Numbered from the whole stretch's first letter, positions 49,956 to 59,764 are shown. The stretch: 63,514 bases of DNA, filler included, from Chthonomonadaceae bacterium (GCA_035650735.1; 8 parts of 8 records of this genome joined end to end with filler, not necessarily neighbours in it); one strand, 5' to 3'. Made by a program: numbers and translations. The notes: generated by a model from the sequence alone, not told the origin.

Positions 49956-52157
49956 ATGTCAAGGCTCGAACCTGCGTATCATGCAGAAGAAGCGCATGAA
50001 GCAGCGCTCGCTCACAACGAAGAGGTGTTAATCCGGCTAGACGGCGACTTTGCCGAGGATGGCACGTTCGGCCATCGCATTCTTGAAGTCACACGCTCCC
50101 TGATCCGGGTGCTCGACCCAGGCGGCGCCCTCTCCTTCCAGATTCCCATCGAAGAGGTCAAGTCGGCCCGCAACGAGCCGCTGGTGGGCGGCGGACGGCT
50201 GGAGGTGACCACCAAGACCGGAGAGATCGTCCCGATCATCACCTACTCGCAGACGGTCGCGGCCAAGTTTTCGGAGGCGGCGCGCGGCATTGAGCAGCTA
50301 GCCAAAGGCGAGCCGCTCCTGATCAGTATCAAGCAGGAGCGCACCCGCTGCCCCAAATGCAACCGCCTCCTGCCGGAGAAGGACGGCATCTGCCCGGCCT
50401 GCATCAACCGGGGCAAGACCCTGCTGCGCGTCGCCCGCTACCTCAAGCCCTACCGGAAGCAAGCGGTCGCCCTGGCGCTCTTGTCGCTGGTAACGACGGG
50501 GCTAAACCTGATTCCGCCCTACATCCAGGGCACGCTGATCAACAAGGTGCTGGAGGCGCACCGAAACCTGGGGATGCTCTGGGTGTTGATGGGGCTGTGG
50601 CTGGCGGTGCTGGCGGTCAATATTGGCATCCAGATCGCCAGCGGACGCCTGATCGCCCATCTGGCCGGCCATATCGCCGCCGACTTGCGCAGCAGCCTCT
50701 ATCGCGCCATCGAGTTCCTGCAACTGACCTACTTCGATAAGAAGCAGGTCGGCGCGATTGCCAGCCGCGTCACGCAGGACACCGACCGCGTGTGGGGCTT
50801 CCTGGTTGAAGGCGTTCCCTACTTCCTGACCAACGCCCTGCTGGTCGTGGGCATCCTGGGCTTCCTGCTGCACATCAACTGGAAGCTGACGCTGTGCATC
50901 ATGGCTCCGCTGCCCATCATCGTCGGCATCAGCGGCTACTTCTGGAAACCGGTATCGCAACTGTTCCACCGGGTCGGCCAGAAGTGGGCGCGGTTCCATA
51001 TGAACCTCAACGAGGCGTTGACCGGCATCCGGGTCGTGAAGGCGTTCGCGCAGGAGGACTACGAGAACGATAAGTTCCAGCAGCGCAACGTTGAGTTGCG
51101 GGAGGCAGGCGTCCGCGCCGATAGCCGCTGGTACACGATCTTCGGCGTGATGACCTTCTTCACTGGCCTCGGCACGCTGATCAACTGGGCGGTCGGCGGC
51201 TACATGGTCTATACACACCAGATGAACTTCGGCGACTTCTGGATGATCAATGCCTACCTGGGGCTGGTCTATGGGCCGCTTCAGTGGTTTGCGATGATCA
51301 ACAACTGGTTCAGCCGCGCGATGGCCGGCGCGGAGCGCATCTTCGAGGTCATGGATACGGAACGGGAAGCCTACGACGCCGCGCACGAGCCTCACTCGAT
51401 TAGCGGCGAGGTGACCTTTGACAACGTGCGCTTCGGCTACGACAAGTCCAATCCTGTTCTCAAGGGGATCAACTTCACGGCCAGCCCCGGCGAGATGATC
51501 GGCCTGGTGGGCAAGTCCGGCGCGGGCAAGTCCACGACCATCAACCTGATCTGCCGCTTCTATGAGCCGGATGCGGGCAGCATCCGCATTGACGGCAAGG
51601 ACTACCGGGAGATCGGCCTGCAGGATATGCGCCGCCAGATCGGCATCGTGCTGCAAGAGCCGTTCCTGTTCAACGGAACCATCGCGGAGAATATCGCCTA
51701 CGGCAAGCCGGGCGCGAGTTTCGAGGAGATCGTCGAGGCCGCCAAAGCCGCTAACGCCCACAACTTCATCCTCTCCAAGCCGGACGGCTACGATACGATG
51801 GTGGGAGAGCGGGGCGCCAAGCTATCGGGCGGCGAGCGACAGCGTATCTCGATTGCCCGCGCCATCCTGCATAACCCGCGCATCCTCATCCTCGATGAGG
51901 CGACCTCTTCGGTGGATGTGGAGACGGAGAAGCAGATCCAGGAGGCCATCGCCCGCCTCATCTCAGGCCGGACGACATTCGCCATCGCGCACCGCCTGAG
52001 CACGCTGCGCAATGCCAGCCGCCTGATCGTGCTGGAGAAGGGCGAGATCGCCGAGATGGGCACGCACGCCGAACTGATGGAGAAGAAGGGCGTCTTCTGT
52101 AATCTGGTCGAAACTCAGAGCGCGGTCAGCCAGATTATTGGCATCGGGGCGGAGTAG
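49956..52157 (+). CDS. ABC exporter (fused TMD + NBD) with N-terminal extension and CxxC-x10-CxxC
   Basis: AGGAGG RBS. CPKCNRLLPEKDGICPAC, six TM segments, GKSGAGKS, LSGGERQR, ILDEATS and IAHRLST. Confidence 0.93.
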   Translation: MSRLEPAYHAEEAHEAALAHNEEVLIRLDGDFAEDGTFGHRILEVTRSLIRVLDPGGALSFQIPIEEVKSARNEPLVGGGRLEVTTKTGEIVPIITYSQTVAAKFSEAARGIEQLAKGEPLLISIKQERTRCPKCNRLLPEKDGICPACINRGKTLLRVARYLKPYRKQAVALALLSLVTTGLNLIPPYIQGTLINKVLEAHRNLGMLWVLMGLWLAVLAVNIGIQIASGRLIAHLAGHIAADLRSSLYRAIEFLQLTYFDKKQVGAIASRVTQDTDRVWGFLVEGVPYFLTNALLVVGILGFLLHINWKLTLCIMAPLPIIVGISGYFWKPVSQLFHRVGQKWARFHMNLNEALTGIRVVKAFAQEDYENDKFQQRNVELREAGVRADSRWYTIFGVMTFFTGLGTLINWAVGGYMVYTHQMNFGDFWMINAYLGLVYGPLQWFAMINNWFSRAMAGAERIFEVMDTEREAYDAAHEPHSISGEVTFDNVRFGYDKSNPVLKGINFTASPGEMIGLVGKSGAGKSTTINLICRFYEPDAGSIRIDGKDYREIGLQDMRRQIGIVLQEPFLFNGTIAENIAYGKPGASFEEIVEAAKAANAHNFILSKPDGYDTMVGERGAKLSGGERQRISIARAILHNPRILILDEATSSVDVETEKQIQEAIARLISGRTTFAIAHRLSTLRNASRLIVLEKGEIAEMGTHAELMEKKGVFCNLVETQSAVSQIIGIGAE

Positions 52158-52188
52158 GCGCCCTATCCCCAACTGACCTCACCCCCGG

Positions 52189-52459
52189 CCTAAAGCGGCA
52201 GGGTTCAGCCTGCCGCTCGGGGGCGCAAAGCGCCCGTCGCCCACCTACGTGGGCGAAACGGTCTGCCTGCACAGGCATCGCAAGGCGGAGGGGTGTGGCA
52301 AGGCAGAGCCGTGTCGCTAGGTGTCGCAAGGCGGAGGCAGGGGCCATAACCTTGCCGACCCTGGCAGTCAGCGGGCCTGGCTAGGCGGAGGTTTCGAACC
52401 GTTGAGGAACCGACCTTAGCAGAACCCCACAGCGGCAGGCTGAACCCTGCCGCTTTAGG
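52189..52459. repeat. Complete family C element: 29-bp perfect TIRs that are themselves hairpins; contains family B nests (52277-52368, 52377-52423)
   Basis: CCTAAAGCGGCAGGGTTCAGCCTGCCGCT ... AGCGGCAGGCTGAACCCTGCCGCTTTAGG, sitting inside family A ends. Confidence 0.88.
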
Positions 52460-52497
52460 GGATTAGGTCCAACACGAGGCAAGAGGAGCAAAACGGC

Positions 52498-52977
52498 ATG
52501 AGTATCAACCCGGCGGATTTGAAGCTGTTCTATGCGCCCAAAGATCGCCTGCGCCTGACGGTGGGCATGGAGAAGTCCTATCCGACCGTCAAGCCGGTCT
52601 GGGCGGCCCCGCTATCGCGCCCGAATAAGTATCTAGCTCTGCTCGATGGCAAAGGCGAAGAGATCGTGACGATTCGGGAGCCAAAGGAGCTGCCAAGAGA
52701 GTCCTGGGAGGCGGTGCAGGAGGAGCTGCGGCGGCGGTATCTGACCGCGACCGTGACGGCGGTTCGGCACGCCCGTGTGGAGTTTGGCGCGACCTACTGG
52801 AGCGTGGAGACCGACCGGGGCGAGCGCGATTTCGTCACCCAGAACCTGCAAGAGAACGCGCAGTGGCTCTCCGAGCATCACCTGCTGCTGCTGGATGTGG
52901 ACGGCAACCGCTTTGAAATTGTTGATGTGCGCGCACTGGACGCTCGCAGCCGGTACTATATCCACAGTATCTTATAG
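52498..52977 (+). CDS. DUF1854-family protein
   Basis: Motifs PLSRP..YLAL, EELRRRY, WSVETDRG and DVDGNRFEI..LD..SR. GAGGAG RBS. Confidence 0.85.
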   Translation: MSINPADLKLFYAPKDRLRLTVGMEKSYPTVKPVWAAPLSRPNKYLALLDGKGEEIVTIREPKELPRESWEAVQEELRRRYLTATVTAVRHARVEFGATYWSVETDRGERDFVTQNLQENAQWLSEHHLLLLDVDGNRFEIVDVRALDARSRYYIHSIL

Positions 52978-53040
52978 ATTGTGCGCTATTGGCCTCAGTG
53001 TTTCGCCGGAGGGGAGAGTACTGGGCGGTTCCTGGCAGAA

Positions 53041-54484
53041 TCACTGAGGCTGCTCACCGTATGTGACGGTATAATAGCGGCCCACCGGAATATCCGCCCA
53101 TGTCTGCGTAGAGCCATCCGGCCAACGGATCGTGACGCTATCCAGCGAGGCGGTGCCCAGGCCAAAATGCACGCGCGGGTCCGAGGAGGATAGATAGGAG
53201 CCGCCTGGCTGACACTGCCGAACGCGCCTCTGTCCTCCTGCCCGAAGCGTTATCACCGCGCCGTAAGCATCGCGGTTGCTGCGTCCCCCTCCAAGCAATC
53301 GAAAGCCAACCCAGCTACCTTCAGGCGTGACGCTCTCGTTATGCAAAAGCTGGGGCCTGCCCTCGCTATCTACGACAAGCACATCCACACGGCCATCATT
53401 GTCATAATCTCCGACGGCCAGGCCGCGCCCGACAATGGGAGGCAGCCTCCCCAGCCCGGCGCTTCGGGTCGCATCCTCAAAGGTCACGTGCGGGCCTCTT
53501 CGATTGTGCAGAAAGAGCGTAGGCTGGCGATAGGTCGCCTTCTCGAATCTCTGAATATTGTCCTGGACGTGTCCATTGGCGATCATCAGGTCGAGCCAGC
53601 CATCGTTATCGGCATCGAAGAACTTACAGCCCCAGGCGACATAAGGTAAGGTAGGCTTCTCGACCCCCACGCTATCGCTTACAACCTTGAAGAGACCTGA
53701 GCCGCCGTTGTGATAGAGGCATTTGGTTTCATTGCCGAAAGTGGTCACAAACAGGTCGAGTCGGCCATCGTTATCGAAGTCGCCCCAATCGATTCCCATG
53801 CCCGCATGGGTTTCGCCGTAGTTATCGAGCGCGATTCCGGCCTGCATTGCGAGGTTGATAAATCGGCGCTTGCCTCGGTTCCTGAAGAGGTCGCCTTCCA
53901 TCAAGTCGTTGGCAACGGCGAGGCTAACCCGTGAGGAGAGGTCGTAATCGGCAAAGGCGACCCCAAGCCCTTTACCGTGCGCATGTATTCCCCATTGCTC
54001 GGTAACGTCCCGGAAATGGTAGCCGCCTTCGTTATGGTAGAGCACTCCCTTGAGAGCATCGTAATCTCGCGGCCCGCAGCCGGTGAGTTCGCCATGGTAC
54101 GGGCATAGCTGTGGGTACGTATCTGGCCCGAACTTCACATAGTTGGCAACGTAGAGGTCGAGGAAGCCGTCGCCGTCAAGGTCGGCAAATCCGCAGGAGG
54201 TTCCCCAGGGCTGGGGCTTTAGACCGGCCCTGCGCGTCATGTCCTCAAAGCGCTGACCTTGATCATTGTGCAGCAGCAATCCGGTGCGCCATCCGCTGAT
54301 ATAGAGGTCGTCGTAGCCATCGTTGTCTATATCGCCTACCGCGCAGCCTAAGAAGTGCCCGGAGAACTTCTCCAACCCGACAGCCGCCGTCACGTCAGTA
54401 AAATGGCCCTTGCCGTCGCCTTTGTAGAGGGCAAGCTTGGGTCCGACCAGCAGAATATCGAGGAAGCCGTCGTTATCATAATCC
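53041..54484 (-). CDS. CRTAC1-family protein (FG-GAP repeats + ASPIC/UnbV), 5'-truncated
   Basis: Repeated GDxDNDGxxDL, then NRDAYGA and GGSYLSSSDPRVHFGLG. Confidence 0.9.
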
Positions 54485-54590
54485 NNNNNNNNNNNNNNNN
54501 NNNNNNNNNNNNNNNNNNNNNNNNNNNNTTAATTAATTAANNNNNNNNNNNNNNNNNNNNNNNNNNNNNNNNNNNNNNNNNNNNGGGTTT

Positions 54591-55280
54591 TTATTTGACG
54601 ACGGCAGGCTCCTCGGCCTCGGGGAGTTGCAGGGGATCCGGCTTTTCAGGCTTGAGGTGGTGCCAGAGCCAGAATCCGAACAGGGCCACAAGAGCGATCC
54701 CGATGACGGCATCCGCGCCGTGGAAATACTTTTTCAAGTCGTCGAGGTGGCTGGCAAACTGAACGCCGACATAGGCTAGCAGGTAACACCAGGGAACGGA
54801 GCCAAGGAAGGAGAGAGCCAGAAACGGCCAGAACGGCATCCTGGCAATGCCCGCCGGAAGCGAGATGAACGTCCGCACGACGGGCAGCAGACGCGCCAGG
54901 AAGATGGCCGCCGCTCCCCGCTTCTCAAACCACGCTTCGGATTTCTCCACGTCACGCCGCTTCAGCAGGATATACTTGCCGTATTTGAAGATGAACTCTC
55001 GGCCACCATAAGCGCCGACAAACCAGGCCAATGCCGAGCCGAGCGCGCAACCCAGTGCCCCCGACAGAGCAACCAGATGGAAGTTCAGCGGATCGCGCGG
55101 CGGCGTCAGCGTGGCCGCAATGCTGCCCAGGGTCAGCGCGCCCGCGAAAGGCATGATGACCTCGCTCGGCAGGGGAATGCAGGCGCTTTCTATCGCCATT
55201 AGCAGGATGATCCCGGCGTAGCCGCCGCTGCTGATGACGTTCTTGATCCAGTTGCCAACTATGGTTAAGAGATGTTCCAC
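54591..55280 (-). CDS. DedA-family membrane protein
   Basis: Motifs LMAIESACIPLPSEVIMPFAG and RLLPVVRTFISLPAG. GAGGT before GTG 55280. Confidence 0.92.
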   Translation of the reverse strand: MEHLLTIVGNWIKNVISSGGYAGIILLMAIESACIPLPSEVIMPFAGALTLGSIAATLTPPRDPLNFHLVALSGALGCALGSALAWFVGAYGGREFIFKYGKYILLKRRDVEKSEAWFEKRGAAAIFLARLLPVVRTFISLPAGIARMPFWPFLALSFLGSVPWCYLLAYVGVQFASHLDDLKKYFHGADAVIGIALVALFGFWLWHHLKPEKPDPLQLPEAEEPAVVK

Positions 55281-55317
55281 TACATTTACCTCGCAATCTT
55301 CCCTGTGCGGCCTCCCA

Positions 55318-55554
55318 CCTAACCTCCCGTCCCCACTGCTAGGGTCGGTGCTGCACACGCTCGCACCACTGCCAGAGTCGGCCCTACAATGGACTGCAAG
55401 GGTCGGCAGGGTTACGGCCCCTGCCTCCGCCTTGCCACAGCCCTCCGCCTTGCCACACCTAGCGACCCTACGAGGGAAGGCGGTGCCCCGGCTTCTCCTC
55501 TCCCCTCTCCTTGAGAAGGAGAGGGGACGGGGGCGCGGTCTTCCAGGGTGAGGG
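55318..55554. repeat. Family A repeat with a complete three-layer family B nest (55335-55466, minus orientation)
   Basis: Three right ends followed by three left ends in bracket order. Confidence 0.9.
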
Positions 55555-55561
55555 CGGCGCG

Positions 55562-56884
55562 CTACTTCTGGTGCGGCACGCCCGGCTCGTGACCCGCCAA
55601 TTCACCGACCGCTTCCCAGTCCGGCTCCGGGGCCAGCATGGCGGCGGGCGCCTCTTCGGGCGGCAGCGCCTGCTGCCGAACGCGCTCATAGACGGCCACC
55701 ACTTTCTGTGCCATTACCGGCGGCGTATAAAGCTGTGCGTTGTGAAGCCCATTGGCCCGCAGCGTCTCTCGAAGTTTCCTGTCCTGCAAAATCTGTACCA
55801 CGCGCGCCGCGAACGCCTCCTGTTCCTCCAGAGGGACGCGGAAGCCGTCTTCCCCGTCGCGTACCGTTTCCGGCGCTCCCCCGGCATCCACCACCACGCA
55901 GGGCAGGCCCGCTGCCCGCGCCTCCGCGATCACCAGCCCTTGCGTCTCCGAGGGCGAGGGGAAACAGAAGACATCGGCGGCGGCATAGAGCGAGTCCATC
56001 TGGCGGCGCGGCGTCGGCCCCAGGAAGAGCACGGCATCGCCTGGCAGGAGCGCCTCCGCCGCGCCCTGAAGCTCCTCGGCAGAGGGGCCGCCCCCGGCCA
56101 GGGCCAGTCGTGCGTTCGGCACGTGCGCGCGTATCCGCGCGAAGACCTCCAGCAGCCAATCCAGGTTCTTCTCCCGCGCGAGCCGACCGGCGTAGAGCAG
56201 GAGCGGCGTGTCCGGAGCGATGCCCAGGCGCTCCCGTGTACAGCGGCGTGCCTCTTCGCCGATCTGGTCGGGGGCCGGCAGGGGCACGCCCGTCGGGATG
56301 ACCGCGATGGGCCGCTCGACGCCCATCTCCCGCAGCGCCCGCGCCGCCACCTCCGACGGGCAGATGATCTCGGCGCAGCGGTTATAGTACCAGGGCAAGT
56401 AGTGTTCCAGGAGACTCTGGGTCACGGCGTCCGGCAGCAAGGGAAAATAGTGGCTGTACTGCGTGTAGAGCGTGTGAAACGTAGTCACCAGCGGCACGCC
56501 GCGACTGAGCGCCAGGTTGGCCCCCGTCAGCCCCAGCACGAACGGCGTATGCGTATGGACGATGTCCAGGCGCAGGCGGTTAAAGTAGGGCGCGAGCGCC
56601 AGGCGCGGCAGGAAGGGAAACGCCAGCGGATATTCCCGGTTGAAGACCGAGACAAAGGAAGGAAAGCGCAGCACGTTGGTTTCCGTCCCGCGTTGCTGCT
56701 GGTGGGCCGGCGCGAACACTACGACGTGGTGGCGCAGGGCGCGCAGCTCCGCCATCAGCGTCAGAACGGAGGTGGTGACGCCGTTTTGTACTGGATGGAA
56801 GCTCTCGGAAAAGATTCCAATGCGCAGTGTGCCCGCATGTCGAGGCTCGGCGTTGGTCGCGTGGGCAGGAGGCAGATGGGTCAA
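55562..56884 (-). CDS. GT4 glycosyltransferase (diacylglycerol glucosyltransferase-like)
   Basis: Motifs FSESFHPVQNGV, HTHTPF, FHTLY, GRLAREKN and SETQGLVIAEA. Confidence 0.9.
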   Translation of the reverse strand: MTHLPPAHATNAEPRHAGTLRIGIFSESFHPVQNGVTTSVLTLMAELRALRHHVVVFAPAHQQQRGTETNVLRFPSFVSVFNREYPLAFPFLPRLALAPYFNRLRLDIVHTHTPFVLGLTGANLALSRGVPLVTTFHTLYTQYSHYFPLLPDAVTQSLLEHYLPWYYNRCAEIICPSEVAARALREMGVERPIAVIPTGVPLPAPDQIGEEARRCTRERLGIAPDTPLLLYAGRLAREKNLDWLLEVFARIRAHVPNARLALAGGGPSAEELQGAAEALLPGDAVLFLGPTPRRQMDSLYAAADVFCFPSPSETQGLVIAEARAAGLPCVVVDAGGAPETVRDGEDGFRVPLEEQEAFAARVVQILQDRKLRETLRANGLHNAQLYTPPVMAQKVVAVYERVRQQALPPEEAPAAMLAPEPDWEAVGELAGHEPGVPHQK

Positions 56885-56893
56885 CGGATTACC

Positions 56894-58387
56894 TCAGGAC
56901 GCCGAGAGGTCGCCAGGCGCGGCGTCCGGGGCGGCCTGGTCTGCGCGGGCCGCCTTCTGGCCGGCGTTGGTGCGGGCGGAGGCGCGGCGCGCGGCGCGCT
57001 CGGCCTGCCGATCCGCCTCGATGGCTGCCTGCTGCGCCTCCAGGAAGGCCAGGATGTCGGAGAGCCGGAAACGCCGCTGGCGTGTCTCTTTGTCCTTGCT
57101 GGATTCGCCCCGGGTGGAGCGATCCGGCTCTTTGCGGTAGTGGGTCAGGATGCCCTTGTTGGTATAACGGCGCACGGTGGTCGGGCAGACGTTGAGCAGG
57201 CGTGCCGTGTCTTCCAGGGAGAGGATCGGGTCCAGCAGGCGTTCGATCAATTCGCGCCGCTTCTCCTCGAAGGGCCGTTTGTAGGAGTGCTGGGCGATCT
57301 CCTGCTCTTCACGCTCCAGGGCCAGCAGAGTCTGGACGTGCTTGGGGACTTTGGCCCACAATTCCGCCGCCGAGAGGCCGGAGGGCACGCTCTGCGGGCG
57401 CACGTTGCGGGCGTGGCGTGCGCGCCGCTGCGGGACGCGGTAGGCGCGGGGCGCCTCGGCGGGCGCTGCGCCGCTTTCGGCGTTCGGCACGACGCTGGCC
57501 GCTGCGGCCGCAGACGATGGGGCAGGCGCCTCCTCTCTCTCCGGCGTCACCGATTCGGCGGGAGCGGTCACGGCGACTTCGGCCACCACGACCTCTTGCG
57601 CCTGGTTAAGAAGGGGCGTCTCCGGGGCGGGCGCGGCGCTGGCGGCTTCCTCCGGCGTCCCCCTGCGGGAAGGCGGCAGGTAATTGGAGAACGAGGGGAT
57701 ATCGGCATCCAGCTCGGAAATCGGATCGAAGGCGATGGGTGAGGCCGTCGTTTCGACGGTGGGGCCGTCGGGTCGGGAGGCCGGAGCGGGCGATTGCAGG
57801 TCCATCCCCTTGCTCTGCGGCCTGGAAACGCGGAAGACCGGAATATCTACCGGCTCCGACGCTTCGCCTCCCTCCTGTTTGGCCGCGAGAAATTCCGGCA
57901 CGTCCCAGCCGATTTTGCCCAGTTCCGGGCGCGCGGTAAACCGGGGCGTGTCCGCTTCCTCTGCCTCGGGCGCCGGTGCTGCCTCCGGGGAGCTATCCAG
58001 GCGGGAAACCGACGGCGCACGGAAGACGGGTATGGCTTCGGAGTCGTCGGCGCGCAGCACCGGCACGTCCTGCGTTTCGGCAGGCGCCTCCTCCGGGCTG
58101 GCCGGGGCAGGCCGGAAGGCGGGAATATCGGTGGGGCAGTCGGCAGCCTGGGGCGGGGCCGACTGCGCCGCTGCGGCAGGCTCCGGCGCGGCGGGCGGGA
58201 AGATGGGGGTCGGTGCCTCGTCCAGCGGCAGCGCGATCTGCTCGGAAGCCTCTACGGGAAGCGGCGTCAGCGGAGGGGCCGGCTCGCTTTCAGGCTCTGG
58301 CTCGTCGTCCAGGAATTGGGATTCGATATATTTCTGCCACTCTTCCAGTCGCACTTGGCGTCGTTCCTCCCAGGAAAAATCGCTCAC
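56894..58387 (-). CDS. Long Pro/Ala/Glu-rich disordered protein with C-terminal MerR/excisionase-like HTH
   Basis: LSLEDTARLLNVCPTTVRRYTNKGIL...RRFRLSDILAFLE. Start overlaps the queA stop (GTGA). Confidence 0.75.
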   Translation of the reverse strand: MSDFSWEERRQVRLEEWQKYIESQFLDDEPEPESEPAPPLTPLPVEASEQIALPLDEAPTPIFPPAAPEPAAAAQSAPPQAADCPTDIPAFRPAPASPEEAPAETQDVPVLRADDSEAIPVFRAPSVSRLDSSPEAAPAPEAEEADTPRFTARPELGKIGWDVPEFLAAKQEGGEASEPVDIPVFRVSRPQSKGMDLQSPAPASRPDGPTVETTASPIAFDPISELDADIPSFSNYLPPSRRGTPEEAASAAPAPETPLLNQAQEVVVAEVAVTAPAESVTPEREEAPAPSSAAAAASVVPNAESGAAPAEAPRAYRVPQRRARHARNVRPQSVPSGLSAAELWAKVPKHVQTLLALEREEQEIAQHSYKRPFEEKRRELIERLLDPILSLEDTARLLNVCPTTVRRYTNKGILTHYRKEPDRSTRGESSKDKETRQRRFRLSDILAFLEAQQAAIEADRQAERAARRASARTNAGQKAARADQAAPDAAPGDLSAS

Positions 58388-59424
58388 ACGATCAGCATCG
58401 CATCACCGAAGCTGAAAAATCGGTACTCCTCCCGGATCGCCTCCTCATAGGCGCGCAGCACGTTTTCCCGGCCCGCAAACGCGGCCACGAGCATCAGCAG
58501 CGTGGAGCGCGGCAGATGGAAGTTAGTGATGAGGGCCTCCACAACGCGGAAGCGATAGCCCGGCGTGATGAACAGGCGGGTCTCTCCGACAAAGGGCCGC
58601 ACGCGCGCCCGGCCTCCGGCAGTGACTGTCTCCTCCGGGTCGGCGGCGCTTTCCAGGGAGCGGACGCTGGTCGTGCCGACGGCGAAGATGCGGCCCGGCG
58701 TCGTGTTGATGATCTGCGCTGTCTCCTCAGAGAGCGCCACCGTCTCCGCGTGCATCTCGTGCGCCTCGACCTCTTCCGTGCGCACGGGCCGGAACGTGCC
58801 GACGCCGACATGGAGGGTGAGACGCGCCAGCCGCACGCCCATGGCCTCCGCACGGGCCAGCAGTTCCGGCGTGAAGTGCAGCCCGGCGGTCGGCGCGGCG
58901 GCGGAGCCGTCCTCCGCGGCGTAGACCGTCTGGTAGCGCTCTTCCTGATCGGCGGGCAGCGGCGTATGGATGTAGGGCGGCAGCGGCGTCGTGCCCTGGT
59001 GGGCCAGTTGGTCGCGCGTGCGCCGGTCCGCAAATTCCAGGATGCGCCCGCCCTCCGGGGTCGTGGCAGCGATGCGCGCCGTGACCGGCGGCGTGCCGAG
59101 TATCTCCACCGACCGGCCAGGACGCAGCGACCGGCCCGGCTTGACCAGGGCCTCCCAGCAGGTCTCGCCAACCGGATGCAGCAGCAGGACTTCCGCCGGC
59201 TGCCCACCCTCGCGTCGGGCCTCCAGGCGGCGGGCTGTCACGCGCGTATCGTTGAGGACGAGCGTATCGCCCGGGCGCAGATAGGCCAGCACGTCGGCGA
59301 AGCGGCGATGCTCGATTCGCCCATCCTGGCGGTGAAGCACGAGCAGGCGGGACTCGCCGCGCGGCCCGGGAGTCTGAGCGATCCGTTCGGGCGGCAGAGT
59401 GTAATCAAAAAGGTCTGTGCGCAT
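58384..59424 (-). CDS. queA: S-adenosylmethionine:tRNA ribosyltransferase-isomerase
   Basis: Motifs FDYTLPPERIAQ, PLPPYI, YQTVYA, AAPTAGLHF, LHVGVGTF, TNFHLPRSTL and FFSFGDAM. Confidence 0.97.
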   Translation of the reverse strand: MRTDLFDYTLPPERIAQTPGPRGESRLLVLHRQDGRIEHRRFADVLAYLRPGDTLVLNDTRVTARRLEARREGGQPAEVLLLHPVGETCWEALVKPGRSLRPGRSVEILGTPPVTARIAATTPEGGRILEFADRRTRDQLAHQGTTPLPPYIHTPLPADQEERYQTVYAAEDGSAAAPTAGLHFTPELLARAEAMGVRLARLTLHVGVGTFRPVRTEEVEAHEMHAETVALSEETAQIINTTPGRIFAVGTTSVRSLESAADPEETVTAGGRARVRPFVGETRLFITPGYRFRVVEALITNFHLPRSTLLMLVAAFAGRENVLRAYEEAIREEYRFFSFGDAMLIV

Positions 59425-59543
59425 AGCACCTATTTCTACGACTACAACGCCAAGGAATGCGCCCGCCGGGTCGCCGTCCGCGTATCCCGTTAATTGTAAC
59501 GGGGCGGCAACACGATTGTCAACCCTTTTGTGCAGGTTTATTG

Positions 59544-59764
59544 CGGTAGGCTGAACCCTGCCGCTGTGGGGCTCTGCTAGGGTCGGTTCCTCAACGGTTG
59601 GGAGCCTCCGCCTAGCCAGGCCCGCTGACTGCCAGGGTCGGGCCTGCAATAATTCGGCCCTCCGCCTTGCGACACCGACGCGGGCAGAATACCCGTTGAC
59701 AACGCCAGGGGCGTCACCATCGTTCTCTAGGGGCAGCCCTGCTGCCTACGCAGGCAGAGAGTTT
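59544..59764. repeat. Family C element (reverse orientation), truncated by contig end; family B at 59573-59619 and 59628-59673
   Basis: Matches the reverse complement of 52369-52453 and of 26310-26450. Confidence 0.85.

Noticed and set aside
55511..57742. Long antisense ORFs (743 aa here; also 4529-6154, 7599-9302, 42356-44095, 61355-62824)
   Set aside because: Shadow frames of high-GC genes whose opposite strand has clear family motifs.
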